From Myxococcales bacterium (lineage in GTDB: Bacteria > Myxococcota_A > Polyangia > Palsa-1104 > JAEUJZ01): a stretch of 64,000 nucleotides of DNA. This document shows positions 38,032 through 48,579 of this stretch, piece after piece (position 1 is the stretch's first letter; every line of letters starts with the position of its first letter). Under the pieces are notes generated by a model that did no database searches, was not told the DNA's origin, and saw only the letters and a program-made list of their open reading frames with translations. The stretch lies in NCBI GenBank assembly GCA_016794365.1, contig JAEUKB010000085.1, positions 19,658 through 83,657 of the forward strand, written 5' to 3'. The translations under genes were made by a program, and so were the position numbers.

Positions 38032-40068
38032 CTAGCGCTTGCGTGGTTCGGGCTTACGACGAGTCGGTCGATCGCTCTGATCGGACGACTCAGGAGCCTT
38101 CACTTCCGTTGGTGAAGCCTTCGCAGCCATCTCTTTTGGTTCCAGGATGACAAACTCCACACGACGATTGTCTGCGCGACCTTTGGCCGTGGCATTGCTG
38201 GTCACTGGACGCAGCGGACCAAAGCCCTGGGCTTCGAGTCGGGACGCTTCGACTCCGTACTCGATCAGGAAGCGCATCACGCTCCTCGCGCGACGATCCG
38301 ATAGATCCAGGTTGTACTCGCGCTGGCCGCGATCATCGGTGTGACCTTCGATGCGAATGCGGCGAATCACGCTCTGCGCTTTGAGCGCATCACCGACGGC
38401 GTACAGCACCGGGAAGCTGTTCTTTAGGATGATGTCTTTGTTCGTTGCAAAGAACACGGGCCGGAGGATCTGTAGCTTTCCGTCCTGCACCACCACAAGT
38501 CCTGGGCAGCCGTTCTTCTTCGGATCAGGATGCGGCGCACCGGGCTTGTCTGGACATGCATCTTCGGGATCCACCACAGTGTCGTGATCACGATCCGGAA
38601 GCGGACAGCCGAGCTTGTTTGGATCGGGCTTCGGTCCTTTGTGAACGTCAGGACATTGATCGAGGTAGTCGAATACACCGTCGCCATCGCGATCACTGGC
38701 TGGACATCCTTTGCGCGCAGGATCGGGATTTGGACCGTGATGAAGATCGGGACAGAGATCTTCGGAATCGGGAACTCCATCGCCATCACGATCGAGCAGC
38801 GGACAGCCGCGTCGCTTCGGATCGGGCACAGGTCCATGATGGGTATCAGGACAGAGATCTTCGCCATCAAGCACACCATCGCCATCGCGATCAAAGAGCG
38901 GACAGCCACGGCGGTTCGGATCGGGTCGTGGTCCCTTGTGAACGTCAGGACAAAGATCATCACGATCCATCACGCCATCGCGGTCTCGATCAGACAGCGG
39001 ACAACCAGGGCGATCCGGATCGGGCTCTGGTCCTTGCGGAGTGTCAGGACAGAGATCGCGCGCGTCGGGAACTCCATCCCGATCTCGATCGGAGACAGGA
39101 GTCCCAATCGGAGCGTACGCCAAGCGAAACAGGAGTCGAAAATCGGGCGTTCCTGGCTCACGCAGAATTCCGGTTCCTGCGGCCAAGCTGGCTTGGACCT
39201 GACCCTTGATGTTGTAGTGCGCGCCGAGCAAAAGCTCCAGGCTGGTGTAGTCGGTACCAAACGGCTTTCCGCCAATCACCACCGTGCTAAGGAGTGCTTC
39301 CGGACCCACCGCAAAGCGACGATTCCAGTTGGCGTAGGCCAGTGCGACACCGAGCTGTATTTCCGATCCAATGCGACGACCATCTTCGCCAAAGCTGGGA
39401 TTCCCAAGCAGCGCTTCTGGACGATAGTAAAAGCCCGCAGTCACCGACCACAACAGATGTCCAGCCAGACCAGAGAGCGCGAGCTTCGGAAGGACCCGGA
39501 CTCCGAGATCTCCGCTCTGCACCGGAAGGCTATCGGTCATCAGCCGAAGCGGAACCCACAACGAAGCGCCCACGCTGAGAGAGACTGGCCCCCGATAGGG
39601 CTGACCAAACAGCCGGACCATGAATCCTACGCGCGGATCTCCGACGGCAACACCTGTTTGAGGACTGACTCCTGCTGCGGACGTTCCGCGCTCTAACCAG
39701 ATCACCGGAAGCGATGCCGTGATGAGCACGCGATCCAAAAAAGAGCCAGCCAGATCCACATGCGTCAGCAGCTGATGCTCGATGAGCGAGACGGTCTGCT
39801 GCTCGGCTCCGCTCGCGGTCTGGGCACGTACAATCAGCGGATTGTGCGCGTAGTTTAGCGTCAGTCCGGCTGCAAAGTAGCGCACAGAGGAATACCATGG
39901 ATGATCCACCGCAAACGACCACTCTCCGGCGGCGGTGGGTTCATAGCGATTGAGCTGAAAGCCCTGCTGCTGAGCCTGTACCAAAGACACCTGTCCCAGC
40001 CAGATCAGCACACAGATCAGAACCACTGCTGCGCGTGGCAGCAGAAGACAGAGCAAGCGTGCGTACAT
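38032..40068 (-). CDS. OmpA-family outer membrane protein with an N-terminal beta-barrel-like region, about 7 thrombospondin type 3 (calcium-binding) repeats, and a C-terminal OmpA domain
   Basis: Signal peptide. Repeats of DRDGDGVPDxxDLCPDxxxGPxPDPxxxGCP. OmpA domain IRIEGHTDDRGQREYNLDLSDRRARSV. Confidence 0.8.
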   Translation of the reverse strand: MYARLLCLLLPRAAVVLICVLIWLGQVSLVQAQQQGFQLNRYEPTAAGEWSFAVDHPWYSSVRYFAAGLTLNYAHNPLIVRAQTASGAEQQTVSLIEHQLLTHVDLAGSFLDRVLITASLPVIWLERGTSAAGVSPQTGVAVGDPRVGFMVRLFGQPYRGPVSLSVGASLWVPLRLMTDSLPVQSGDLGVRVLPKLALSGLAGHLLWSVTAGFYYRPEALLGNPSFGEDGRRIGSEIQLGVALAYANWNRRFAVGPEALLSTVVIGGKPFGTDYTSLELLLGAHYNIKGQVQASLAAGTGILREPGTPDFRLLFRLAYAPIGTPVSDRDRDGVPDARDLCPDTPQGPEPDPDRPGCPLSDRDRDGVMDRDDLCPDVHKGPRPDPNRRGCPLFDRDGDGVLDGEDLCPDTHHGPVPDPKRRGCPLLDRDGDGVPDSEDLCPDLHHGPNPDPARKGCPASDRDGDGVFDYLDQCPDVHKGPKPDPNKLGCPLPDRDHDTVVDPEDACPDKPGAPHPDPKKNGCPGLVVVQDGKLQILRPVFFATNKDIILKNSFPVLYAVGDALKAQSVIRRIRIEGHTDDRGQREYNLDLSDRRARSVMRFLIEYGVEASRLEAQGFGPLRPVTSNATAKGRADNRRVEFVILEPKEMAAKASPTEVKAPESSDQSDRPTRRKPEPRKR

Positions 40069-40136
40069 GAAAGTTCTCCTGATTCAATGCGGAGTGCGGG
40101 TTACCCCAGGCTGCGATTCCGTTCCTTGATGTCGGC

Positions 40137-43100
40137 TTAGTGGGAACGGACTACGCGACGACGACGGATGCGCAAAAGAGCCAGCGACCCCAGTCCAAAG
40201 GACAGAAGCGCAAGACCCGATACAGAAACCGACTGCGCTCCAGTTTGGCTGCAACCAAACGCCAGACCACCGCCGGATAGCTTCGAGGACAGAAGCTCTG
40301 TGGTACGAGACACGGTGTTGCTGCTCGGATCGGGATCAGACAGCGGGTTGCCCTGACCATCGGTTCCCCCCACAGAGACATCCACCGGAATGGTCGTCGA
40401 TCCAGCCGGTGGCAGCACCTTGATCACAATCGGTGCAGCATCGGCATTGGCTGCGATCGGAGCCGTGCGCGTGCAGGTCACCGCCTCCGCAGTGGAAGAA
40501 CAAGTCCAGCCATCGCCCGCGCGAACATCTTGCAGCGTCGATCCAGCCGGAATTTGGTAGCGAACCGTCGCACCATCCGCCACGCCGGGACCGTTGTTGT
40601 GAACATCGATCGTGTACGTCACCGCAGGATCGGTCGCGGACTTGGACTCTGTCACCTTCACCACCAGATCGGGCCCGAGCGGAGCCAGCAGCACGCTGTT
40701 GCTCGCGACGTTGTCAGCAGGATTGGTATCCGCAAAGCCCGGCGGTAGCGTCGCCGTCACCGTGTAATCGACCGACAGGCTCATCTGGGCGGCGGGCAGC
40801 GTCGTATCGACGGTGTAGGTCAACTGACCGCCCGATGGAAGCGTGATCAGCGTCGGCAAAGCACCAGTTCCCGATGCAGAAGGACACACCGCGCCCCCAC
40901 TGGCCGTGCAGCTCCAGCGGACCCCGCTCTGCGACGTGGGACGGAAGACATCGCTGAGTGTGCCGCCCGTCACTGCGATGGAACCGTTGTTCTTGACAGA
41001 AACAGTGTATTTCACAGCGCTGCCCGGCGCGAGGCTGGTGTCTCCCGGCTGACGAGAGAGCGAGACGCTGAGATCACCATTGACCGGCGCGCAGGTCTTG
41101 GTGGTGGTGTCGCAGGGACGACCGCCGCAGTCGGCGCTGGTGTTGCAGCCGCAGGTTCCGCCCGGAAGGCAGACTCCACCAACGGTGTCAGGCTTGCAGT
41201 TGCTGGTGTTGGTCGGCGAGCACTGTGTACAAGTCTTCGTCGTCGCATTGCAGATCGTTCCGCTCGGGCAGTCCGCGTCCATCTTGCAGACACACTGCGG
41301 CGGCACTGCGGTCTGATCACAGACGGGAGCCGTCACCGGACAGTCGTTGCTGGTTGCGCAGGTCGAGATCTGAAACACCGTCGGAGCACCCGGTGTGGTT
41401 CCGTCTCCAGTCGGCCAGGTCGTAGGCTCGGTGTTGCCTTGCGCGGTCGCAGTCTGTCCCTGGCTGCTGACGGAAGCTTGGTTGGCAACCTGTCCGAGCG
41501 CTCCCGTGTTGACGGTGACCCGGAAAATCAGCGATGAAGGACCGTCGGCTGTACTGAAGGTTCCACCTTGGGTGGCATTGGCGCCGGTTCCGAGCCGACC
41601 GACCACCGTTCGCGTCGCAGCTACGTATTCGGCTTGATCGTCACCGGCTGCGTCGGTCTTATTGCCACCGTTTATGCCCGTCACGCGCAGTGAGCCCGGA
41701 ACAAACGTCACCTGCGTCGGTAGCGGATCGGTCACCGAGACATTGGCTGCACCGTCAGAGCCTTTGTTCGATACCGTCAGCGTATATTCGATCATGTCGC
41801 CCGGCAGGACGCGTCCGTCGCTGCGAGTGAGGTTGACGAAGGTCTTGCTGCTGCCCGAAAAGACCGGACGCACAGCGGTGATGCTGGTCAGCAGGCCGCC
41901 AAGGAAGACCTCGTCTCCACTCGTCTGAGCTTCGACGGTCATGCTGGTGTCGCCCACCTTGAGGTTTCCCGTGACATCGAAGAGGTCGAGATCGACGCCG
42001 CTCATGCTGGCCGGTCCGCCGGTCATCTGCGGCAGATCGCCAGCCACGGACACGGCGCTGCCCAGACGCGATCGCGTGCTGTTAAAGACGTTATCAACCG
42101 GATTTTGTCCGTCGGAGACTGCGGTTCCGTTTACGCGCAGCGCATCGCCTTTGATGTCGGCGTCACCTTCGTAGGCAATCAGTCCCAGTCGTCCTTCTGC
42201 GCCCGTCGCTGGAATCGTCAGACCCGACAGCGTTGCGCTGACCTTGCTGTTGCTCAGCAGGTCGAAGCCGTCGTACAGGGCGAGGCGACGCACGGGCTCA
42301 CTATCGAGCTTATAGACCACCGACAGGTACCAGCCGCTGTAGGTGATGTCGTTGAGCAGGTTGCCCAGCTCGAAGCTGTTGAAGCCGCCGATGCGATACG
42401 CGCCATTTCCCAGGCTGCGCACGATGGCGGTGACATCAGCAGAGGCCTGGTAATAGTTGGCTCCGTTGTAGCTGACGCTCTTTATGTCCGCTGCCTGCGC
42501 GCTGACCACCCGTGAAAACGCACCAGGACGCTCTAAAAGCGCGCTTTCACTGCCAATTGCCCCTGCACGAAGGGTGGACCAGTAAAGTCGCGCATAGGTC
42601 ACTGTGGCACCAGCGGGAAGGGTAAGGACCGCGCTGCTCCGTGCCACGTTGGATGTGTTCAGGATGCCCGCGAAGGCCTGTCCGTTTCCGGGTGCGTCCG
42701 ATCGCCAGTAGGCATCAATGCCCGAGTCTCCCAGTCCGAGCAGTCCGCAGAGCAGATAATCGACCGATCCGACGACCGGCTGCGGAACCCCCAAGCGACA
42801 GTCCTGACCGACGGTGTTGCCAATGACCACAAAGTTGCCGCGATCGTCGGTCTGAAAGCGTCGCGTGGGCGCGGCTTCTGCGGGCTGAGAGCCCGTGCCA
42901 AATGTCGCCAGCGCCGAAGTCAGCAGCGATAGCGCCAGCGTCGAAACACCACTGCGGAGTCGGTTCACCTTGCTCTTGCGTTCCCAGGTCTTCATCTGTG
43001 ATTCCCCCATCTGTGATTCCCTCATCTGTGATTGCTTCAATGGATGCGTGCCCGTCTGTGTCAAGGTCGGATGGCGCTGCACAGGTAGGACATCGTCGCC

Positions 43101-43220
43101 TCGGCCTCCGTCTCCGATCGGAGACAGCACCCGCCGCCATACAGGTCGAGCGAGCGCGCTGGCCAGCCGTAGCGCAGCCTCATTCACCGTCGATGTCTTG
43201 CTTGTGTTGGCCATCATCAC
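40137..43220 (-). CDS. Large secreted surface protein with DUF11 (conserved repeat domain) modules, a Cys-rich EGF-like linker and a MYXO-CTERM-type C-terminal sorting tail
   Basis: DUF11-like YTLTVSNKGSDGAANVSVTDPLP and YTIDVHNNGPGVADGATVRYQIP. C-terminus GGGLAFGCSQTGAQSVSVSGLALLSFGLGSLALLRIRRRRVV is a Gly/Cys motif followed by a hydrophobic helix and an Arg cluster. The start is probably an internal Met before the signal peptide LRSGVSTLALSLLTSALA. Confidence 0.6.
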   Translation of the reverse strand: MMMANTSKTSTVNEAALRLASALARPVWRRVLSPIGDGGRGDDVLPVQRHPTLTQTGTHPLKQSQMRESQMGESQMKTWERKSKVNRLRSGVSTLALSLLTSALATFGTGSQPAEAAPTRRFQTDDRGNFVVIGNTVGQDCRLGVPQPVVGSVDYLLCGLLGLGDSGIDAYWRSDAPGNGQAFAGILNTSNVARSSAVLTLPAGATVTYARLYWSTLRAGAIGSESALLERPGAFSRVVSAQAADIKSVSYNGANYYQASADVTAIVRSLGNGAYRIGGFNSFELGNLLNDITYSGWYLSVVYKLDSEPVRRLALYDGFDLLSNSKVSATLSGLTIPATGAEGRLGLIAYEGDADIKGDALRVNGTAVSDGQNPVDNVFNSTRSRLGSAVSVAGDLPQMTGGPASMSGVDLDLFDVTGNLKVGDTSMTVEAQTSGDEVFLGGLLTSITAVRPVFSGSSKTFVNLTRSDGRVLPGDMIEYTLTVSNKGSDGAANVSVTDPLPTQVTFVPGSLRVTGINGGNKTDAAGDDQAEYVAATRTVVGRLGTGANATQGGTFSTADGPSSLIFRVTVNTGALGQVANQASVSSQGQTATAQGNTEPTTWPTGDGTTPGAPTVFQISTCATSNDCPVTAPVCDQTAVPPQCVCKMDADCPSGTICNATTKTCTQCSPTNTSNCKPDTVGGVCLPGGTCGCNTSADCGGRPCDTTTKTCAPVNGDLSVSLSRQPGDTSLAPGSAVKYTVSVKNNGSIAVTGGTLSDVFRPTSQSGVRWSCTASGGAVCPSASGTGALPTLITLPSGGQLTYTVDTTLPAAQMSLSVDYTVTATLPPGFADTNPADNVASNSVLLAPLGPDLVVKVTESKSATDPAVTYTIDVHNNGPGVADGATVRYQIPAGSTLQDVRAGDGWTCSSTAEAVTCTRTAPIAANADAAPIVIKVLPPAGSTTIPVDVSVGGTDGQGNPLSDPDPSSNTVSRTTELLSSKLSGGGLAFGCSQTGAQSVSVSGLALLSFGLGSLALLRIRRRRVVRSH

Positions 43221-43365
43221 GAGCAGCTACTAACGCAAGACATGTGCCACTTGCCATGTGCCACTTGCCATGCGCCCCTTGCCGTGCGCCACGTGCCTGA
43301 CAACCGATAGACGCGGTGTGCGCTATCAGGCTCGCTGGGCTTTTGGGTTATGATGGAAACGCCCT

Positions 43366-45108
43366 ATGCCACACCTACGGATCCAAGCCCCGGATACGGA
43401 TACGGTAGTGACGGTCCAGCTCAGCGCTGCGACCGGCTACCTCATCGGGAGGCAGCCGAATCCCACCAAGCTCCCGTATCTGATGCAGCTTCTTTTGCGC
43501 GAGACCAGCGTGACCAAGGTCCAAGTGCCGTCGCAGCGAGTCTCGGGCAATCACCTGCTGGTGCTGCTGCAAGATGGTGAGGTTCAGCTATTCGACCTCG
43601 CGAGTCGCAACGGCACGATGCTCCAGCTTCCGTCCCAGACACGGACCCGATTGGAACCGAGCGCCGATGTGATGGTGCAGCTTGCGCCAGCAGTCAGCGA
43701 TGTCGATCTACAGGAAGCGCCCGAGCGCGCCGTCTGGAAGAATGAGGAAGAGTTTGCGACGGCGGTCCGAGCGGCGCTGCTCGATTGGTTTGCGCGCATC
43801 GACATCCAAGCCGATCTGGGTCTGCGCGCGCAGAGTCAGCGCTCCGACGACACGCCCCTACGCGGACAGACATTTATGCTGGCGGACGGAAGCCAGCTTC
43901 TGATCTCTTCGCATCCCACCGCGACGATGGAAATGAGCTGGAGCGATGTACTCGACGAAGTAAAGCAGTACATCCTGACGGAAAACGGACGGCTGGAGCA
44001 GCTGCAAGGTCACGATGAAGGCTTTGTGCTGGCGTCTCCTTTGATCCGAGATGTTCACAAAGAGATCGCGGAAGCGGCAGCGTGGGGAACCCGACTTGTG
44101 CTGATTGGACCGACGGGATCGGGCAAAGATCAGCTCGCGCGCTGTTATCACATTCACTCTCGACAGACGCGCGGACCGTATGCGTCGCTAAACTGCGGGC
44201 TGCTCAAGGAAGACCTGCTGTTTGCGCAGCTCTTTGGAGCAAAGCGCGGATCGTTTACCGGCTGCGTCGCGGACATCGCAGGTGTGGTGGAAACAGCACA
44301 TGAAGGAACGCTGTTTCTCGACGAGATTGGCGAAATGGATCTGGAAGTCCAAAAGGCGCTGCTGCGGTTTTTGGACAGCAAAGGGGAATATCAGCGCCTG
44401 GGTGATCCGAAGCCACGACGAGCCAACGTCCAGATCGTCTGCGCCACCAACGTCGAGCTGGACAATCCTCAGCGTCGGCAAGGTCGGTTCCGTGAAGATC
44501 TTTGGTATCGCATCGCAGGCAAGGTCGTTCATGTTCCACCGCTGCGGATGCGACCCGATGATCTGACGGCGATGCTGCGACTGCGGACGATCAAAGGAAG
44601 CACGCTGAAGGTCTATGATGCGCTGACTCCGGCGGCGCTGCGTCGCGTGATGGAATACGAGTGGCCGGGCAACTTTCGCGATCTGGAAAGCTTTATGGAA
44701 CGGCTCCCGAGCACCAGTCGCGCGCACAGCATTGATGCAGAGGCCTGTTCGGCGATCTTGCGCGATGGTCGCAGCGAGTCTCGGTTGCTGCCGCGCGAAG
44801 TGGAGCCATCGTCGGAACCCAGCGCTCCCCAGTGGGAAGAGCTGGTCGGAATTGCCTTGGCCGCGTTTGTTCGTGATCAGGGTCAGCAGCCCAAGAGCTG
44901 GGGCCAAATCACGCAGCTTACCGAGCGCTACATCAAGCCAGTGTTCATCGCGCACGCGACGGGACTTGTCCAAATCGACGAGCTACACAAGCACATCAAC
45001 TGCTCCGAGCTGGCGCGCAGGCTCAACATTGCCGATGGAACCACGGTCAAGCAGCACCTTCAGCGCTACATTCTGCGCTTTCGACAGAATCGCTCGGTGG
45101 ATGGATAG
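43366..45108 (+). CDS. Sigma-54-dependent Fis-family transcriptional activator with an N-terminal FHA domain
   Basis: FHA-like YLIGR...VSGNHLLVLLQDGEVQLFDLASRNGTML. AAA+ Walker A GPTGSGKDQLAR, GSFTG (GAFTGA variant), TLFLDEIGEMD and GNFRDLESF. C-terminal HTH SELARRLNIADGTTVKQHLQRY. Confidence 0.85.
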   Translation: MPHLRIQAPDTDTVVTVQLSAATGYLIGRQPNPTKLPYLMQLLLRETSVTKVQVPSQRVSGNHLLVLLQDGEVQLFDLASRNGTMLQLPSQTRTRLEPSADVMVQLAPAVSDVDLQEAPERAVWKNEEEFATAVRAALLDWFARIDIQADLGLRAQSQRSDDTPLRGQTFMLADGSQLLISSHPTATMEMSWSDVLDEVKQYILTENGRLEQLQGHDEGFVLASPLIRDVHKEIAEAAAWGTRLVLIGPTGSGKDQLARCYHIHSRQTRGPYASLNCGLLKEDLLFAQLFGAKRGSFTGCVADIAGVVETAHEGTLFLDEIGEMDLEVQKALLRFLDSKGEYQRLGDPKPRRANVQIVCATNVELDNPQRRQGRFREDLWYRIAGKVVHVPPLRMRPDDLTAMLRLRTIKGSTLKVYDALTPAALRRVMEYEWPGNFRDLESFMERLPSTSRAHSIDAEACSAILRDGRSESRLLPREVEPSSEPSAPQWEELVGIALAAFVRDQGQQPKSWGQITQLTERYIKPVFIAHATGLVQIDELHKHINCSELARRLNIADGTTVKQHLQRYILRFRQNRSVDG

Positions 45109-45184
45109 TCGCGCACGCGCGTGTCATCAAACAGCGGGCTGCGATTGCAGCCTCACGTAAACCGTAGGCCAGAAACGGGAGAGG

Positions 45185-48100
45185 TTGGCAGCCGTGCCAG
45201 ACTTACCGCAGCTGCAAGGGACATTTACGCCGCCGTCGCAGCTCGATGAGTTCCAAGTCGAGCGACCGCTCGGACGCGGAGCCAATGGCCAGGTCTACTT
45301 GGCGCGTGACACCGTGCTGGATCGTCCCGTTGCGCTGAAGTTTCTGAGCGGACGACGGCTGAGTCGTCATGCGCGACGGCGCTTTTTGGTCGAAGCACGA
45401 GCGATTGCGCGGCTGAAGCATCCCAACGTCGTCACGGTTTATCGCTTCGGAGAGTTTCGCGGCCGTCCGTTTCTGGTGTCGGAATACGTCTCGGGTCACA
45501 CGCTGGCGCGACTGATCAAGCCGGTTCCGTGGCAGCGCGCGCTGGAAATCGGCGCGGAGCTGGCCAAAGGACTCGCCGCAGCCCACGAGCAAGGGGTGTT
45601 GCACCGCGACATCAAGCCGGGCAACGTGATGATGTCTGACGCGTCAGAGGTCAAGCTGCTCGACTTTGGACTGGCCAAGCTGTCGGGTCTGCTCGTCGAG
45701 CCAGACTGGGCCGTTCAAGCATCCAGCTCTGGCGAGCAAGCGGTGGCACCGGTACCCAAAGACGATGCGCTACAGCCGACGATGGAGGCTGATCAAGGGC
45801 CCAAAGCAGTGACGCCATCGGATGAGCTACCATCGGTCACGCTGCCAGCGCAGCACGTCGAAAAAAAAGCCAAAGACAAAGCCAAGCCAGACAAAGACAC
45901 GTCAACGACAGCACCACCTTTACAGAATCGATCAAATGAGCCGCTTCTGGAACCGCTCACTCGAGCAGGAACGGTGCTGGGAACGCCCGCGTATATGGCA
46001 CCGGAAGCGTGGCAAGGACTGCCAGCGACTCCGGCGGCGGATGTCTATAGCTTGGGCGCGCTGCTCTATGAGCTGTGTACTGGAAAGCCGCCGCACTACA
46101 GCTCGCAGGTATCGGAGATCGAGCACGGAGCCATTTACGAAGACATTCCGTCGCTGTCGCAAGTGGTTACAGGCATCGACAGCGCGTTTGCGTCCATCGT
46201 CGATCAGTGTCTGCGTCGCAATCCAGCGGACAGACCGCAGTCGGGAACCGAGGTTCGACAAGCGCTCGATGCGCTGATTCATCCGTCGCTGTCATCGCTT
46301 TGGCGCAAGGCGCTTCGTCAGCACTGGATGCTGGTTTTGCTGGCCGGGCTGCTGCTTATCGCGGGCAGTGCCAGCAGCAGCTATTTTTTGGCGCAGCGCG
46401 CGCTTCGTCAGCAAGAAAGTCCGGTCTTGAAGGTGCGCAAGGTGGTCGCGGTGCTCGGGCTGGCTGCCGAACAAGAGTCGCAGAGCAATGCCTGGTATTC
46501 GACGGCGATGGCCGAGCTGCTCAGTCGCGAAATGGCGCTGGGAGAGCGCGTGCGTGTGGTGGCAACCCGCAGCGTGCAGCAGATGATCCAAGAGTCGCAG
46601 CTTCGCGAGGCCATGCTGTTCGATCCGGGCACGCTCCAGGTGGTGCGGAAGCGACTCGATGCCGATGTGGTGATCGGTGGATCGTATCTGTTTCGCACGG
46701 CGGACAAGCGACGGCTTCAGCTCGCGGTCGTCGCGCAAGATGCAGTCAGTGGCTTGGTCTTGGCGCGCAGCGTCATCGACGGATCCGATTCTGAAATGCT
46801 ATCGATGGTGGCGCACGCGGCGCAGCACATTCGCCAGCAGCTCGGTGTGGGCGACGGAATGACGGTGCGACGGACCGGACTGCGGGTGGCCAATGCCGAT
46901 ACGCTCAAGACGTACGGTGAAGCACTGCGCGAGCTGCGAGGCTTTCGTCTGCGTCGCGCCGGAGAGCTTTTGACTCGTGTTGTGACATCCGATCCCGACT
47001 TTTCCCCGGCGTACGAAGCGCTGGCGACGGTGTGGCGCGAGCTGGGCTACGACGTAAAGTCAAGAGAAGTGCTCAAGCACGCGATCGAGCACACCACCGG
47101 ACTACAGCGTGAAGAGAGACTGCTGCTCGAAGCGCGGTATCGAGAAGCGCAAAAAGACTGGGATCAAGCGTTCGCGACCTACCAGACGCTGATGCGGCTG
47201 TTTCCAGACAATCCCGAATATCCGCTGGCACTGGGAGAAGCGCAGCGCTCTGCGGGCAAACAAAAAGAAGCGCTGGCGACGCTGATGCAGCTTCAACGCG
47301 AGCACGCGCATGCTCAGCTTGATCCGCGCATTGATGCTGCGATTGCGCGCGCGCTCGAAGACAACGGCGATTTCCGGGCGGCACACAGTCGCTATCAGGT
47401 TGCCATCGAAAAGAGCCGGGCAAGTGGAGCGCTGCTGCTCGCTGCGCGCTGTCTGGTGTCGCAAGCGTTCGTGAAAAAATATCTGGGAGAAGCGAGCGCT
47501 GTCCTTCCCAACTTGGAACAAGCGCAGGAGCTGTTCCGTCGCTCCGGTGCGCAGCTTGATCTGGCGGATGCGCTGGCCGCCAAAGGCTGGATGTATCGCG
47601 ATCAAGGCGCAGCGCAGCAAGCGTTTGCGATGTTTCAAGATGCGCTCTCGATCTTGATTGAGTCGGGAAGTGGCAACGGAACTGCGGTGCATCTGTCAAA
47701 CTTTGCGCTGCTCCTGTTGCGAACTGGAGACTTGCCACTTGCGACGGCACGCGCGGAAGCCAGCTTGGTGCTCGCGCGCGAGGTCGATTACAAAGAAGCG
47801 GCTGCGTCGGCGTACTTGGTGCTGGGCTGGATTGCGCGAGAGCGAGGACAGCTCGATCTGGTCAAGCAGCGCATCGCGCAAGCAGAGCGCATCGTCCGCG
47901 AGCTGGATGACGACTACTTAAGTGCGTGGCTCAACTGTCTGGTCGCGGAGTCACTGATTTGGGAAGGAGAGCTGTCCGACGCCAAACAGAAACATGAGCT
48001 GGCACTGGCGCTGCGCTCGCAAGTCGGAAGCAGTGGTTTTGTGGCGGAAAGTCACATCGCGCTTGGACACTTGGCGCTGCTCGATCAGCGTCCTAGCGAT

Positions 48101-48562
48101 GCGATTGTGCATGCCGAAAAAGCGGTTCCGCTGCTGCAATCGGACGGACAGCTTGATGGCGAAGTCTGGGCGCTGGCGATCTTGAGTGCGGCGCACGCAG
48201 CGCTGTCTCACAAAGAAGAAGCGCTGGCGCTGGCTACGAAAGTCTCGTCGCTCAGCCATGGGAATCCGTATCTGTCTACGCGATCCCTCGTTCTGTGTAT
48301 GTTGGCGCGGACTTACGCATCACTATCTTCTACGCAAGACATGGAGCGCGTGCTTGCGCAGATTCAACAAGCGCTCGATGATCCTCGGTTTTCAGAGCTA
48401 ACCCTCAGACGCTTCGAGCTGCGTCTGGCCCGTGCGCGACTTTTGCTACAGCTGGGACAAGCCACGGAAGCACACGCAGCACTCCGCATCCTGGCGCAGG
48501 AAGCGAAGCAGGCAGGGTTCTTGCTTACAGTCACGGAAGCACATCAGCTTCTTTCGCTGTAG
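45185..48562 (+). CDS. Ser/Thr protein kinase with a TM segment and a large C-terminal TPR-repeat domain; the first codon is TTG
   Basis: LGRGANGQVYLA, VALKFL, HRDIKPGNVMM, DFGLAK, GTPAYMAPE, and TM HWMLVLLAGLLLIAGSASSSYFL. About 650 aa of TPR-like helical repeats follow. Confidence 0.85.
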   Translation: MAAVPDLPQLQGTFTPPSQLDEFQVERPLGRGANGQVYLARDTVLDRPVALKFLSGRRLSRHARRRFLVEARAIARLKHPNVVTVYRFGEFRGRPFLVSEYVSGHTLARLIKPVPWQRALEIGAELAKGLAAAHEQGVLHRDIKPGNVMMSDASEVKLLDFGLAKLSGLLVEPDWAVQASSSGEQAVAPVPKDDALQPTMEADQGPKAVTPSDELPSVTLPAQHVEKKAKDKAKPDKDTSTTAPPLQNRSNEPLLEPLTRAGTVLGTPAYMAPEAWQGLPATPAADVYSLGALLYELCTGKPPHYSSQVSEIEHGAIYEDIPSLSQVVTGIDSAFASIVDQCLRRNPADRPQSGTEVRQALDALIHPSLSSLWRKALRQHWMLVLLAGLLLIAGSASSSYFLAQRALRQQESPVLKVRKVVAVLGLAAEQESQSNAWYSTAMAELLSREMALGERVRVVATRSVQQMIQESQLREAMLFDPGTLQVVRKRLDADVVIGGSYLFRTADKRRLQLAVVAQDAVSGLVLARSVIDGSDSEMLSMVAHAAQHIRQQLGVGDGMTVRRTGLRVANADTLKTYGEALRELRGFRLRRAGELLTRVVTSDPDFSPAYEALATVWRELGYDVKSREVLKHAIEHTTGLQREERLLLEARYREAQKDWDQAFATYQTLMRLFPDNPEYPLALGEAQRSAGKQKEALATLMQLQREHAHAQLDPRIDAAIARALEDNGDFRAAHSRYQVAIEKSRASGALLLAARCLVSQAFVKKYLGEASAVLPNLEQAQELFRRSGAQLDLADALAAKGWMYRDQGAAQQAFAMFQDALSILIESGSGNGTAVHLSNFALLLLRTGDLPLATARAEASLVLAREVDYKEAAASAYLVLGWIARERGQLDLVKQRIAQAERIVRELDDDYLSAWLNCLVAESLIWEGELSDAKQKHELALALRSQVGSSGFVAESHIALGHLALLDQRPSDAIVHAEKAVPLLQSDGQLDGEVWALAILSAAHAALSHKEEALALATKVSSLSHGNPYLSTRSLVLCMLARTYASLSSTQDMERVLAQIQQALDDPRFSELTLRRFELRLARARLLLQLGQATEAHAALRILAQEAKQAGFLLTVTEAHQLLSL

Positions 48563-48579
48563 CAAAACGGGGGAACACC

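Noticed and set aside
38445-39696. Plus-strand ORFs of 254 and 388 aa antisense to the OmpA thrombospondin-repeat gene
   Set aside because: They are generated by the repetitive TSP3 repeat DNA. The minus frame has signal peptide, TSP3 repeats and an OmpA domain.
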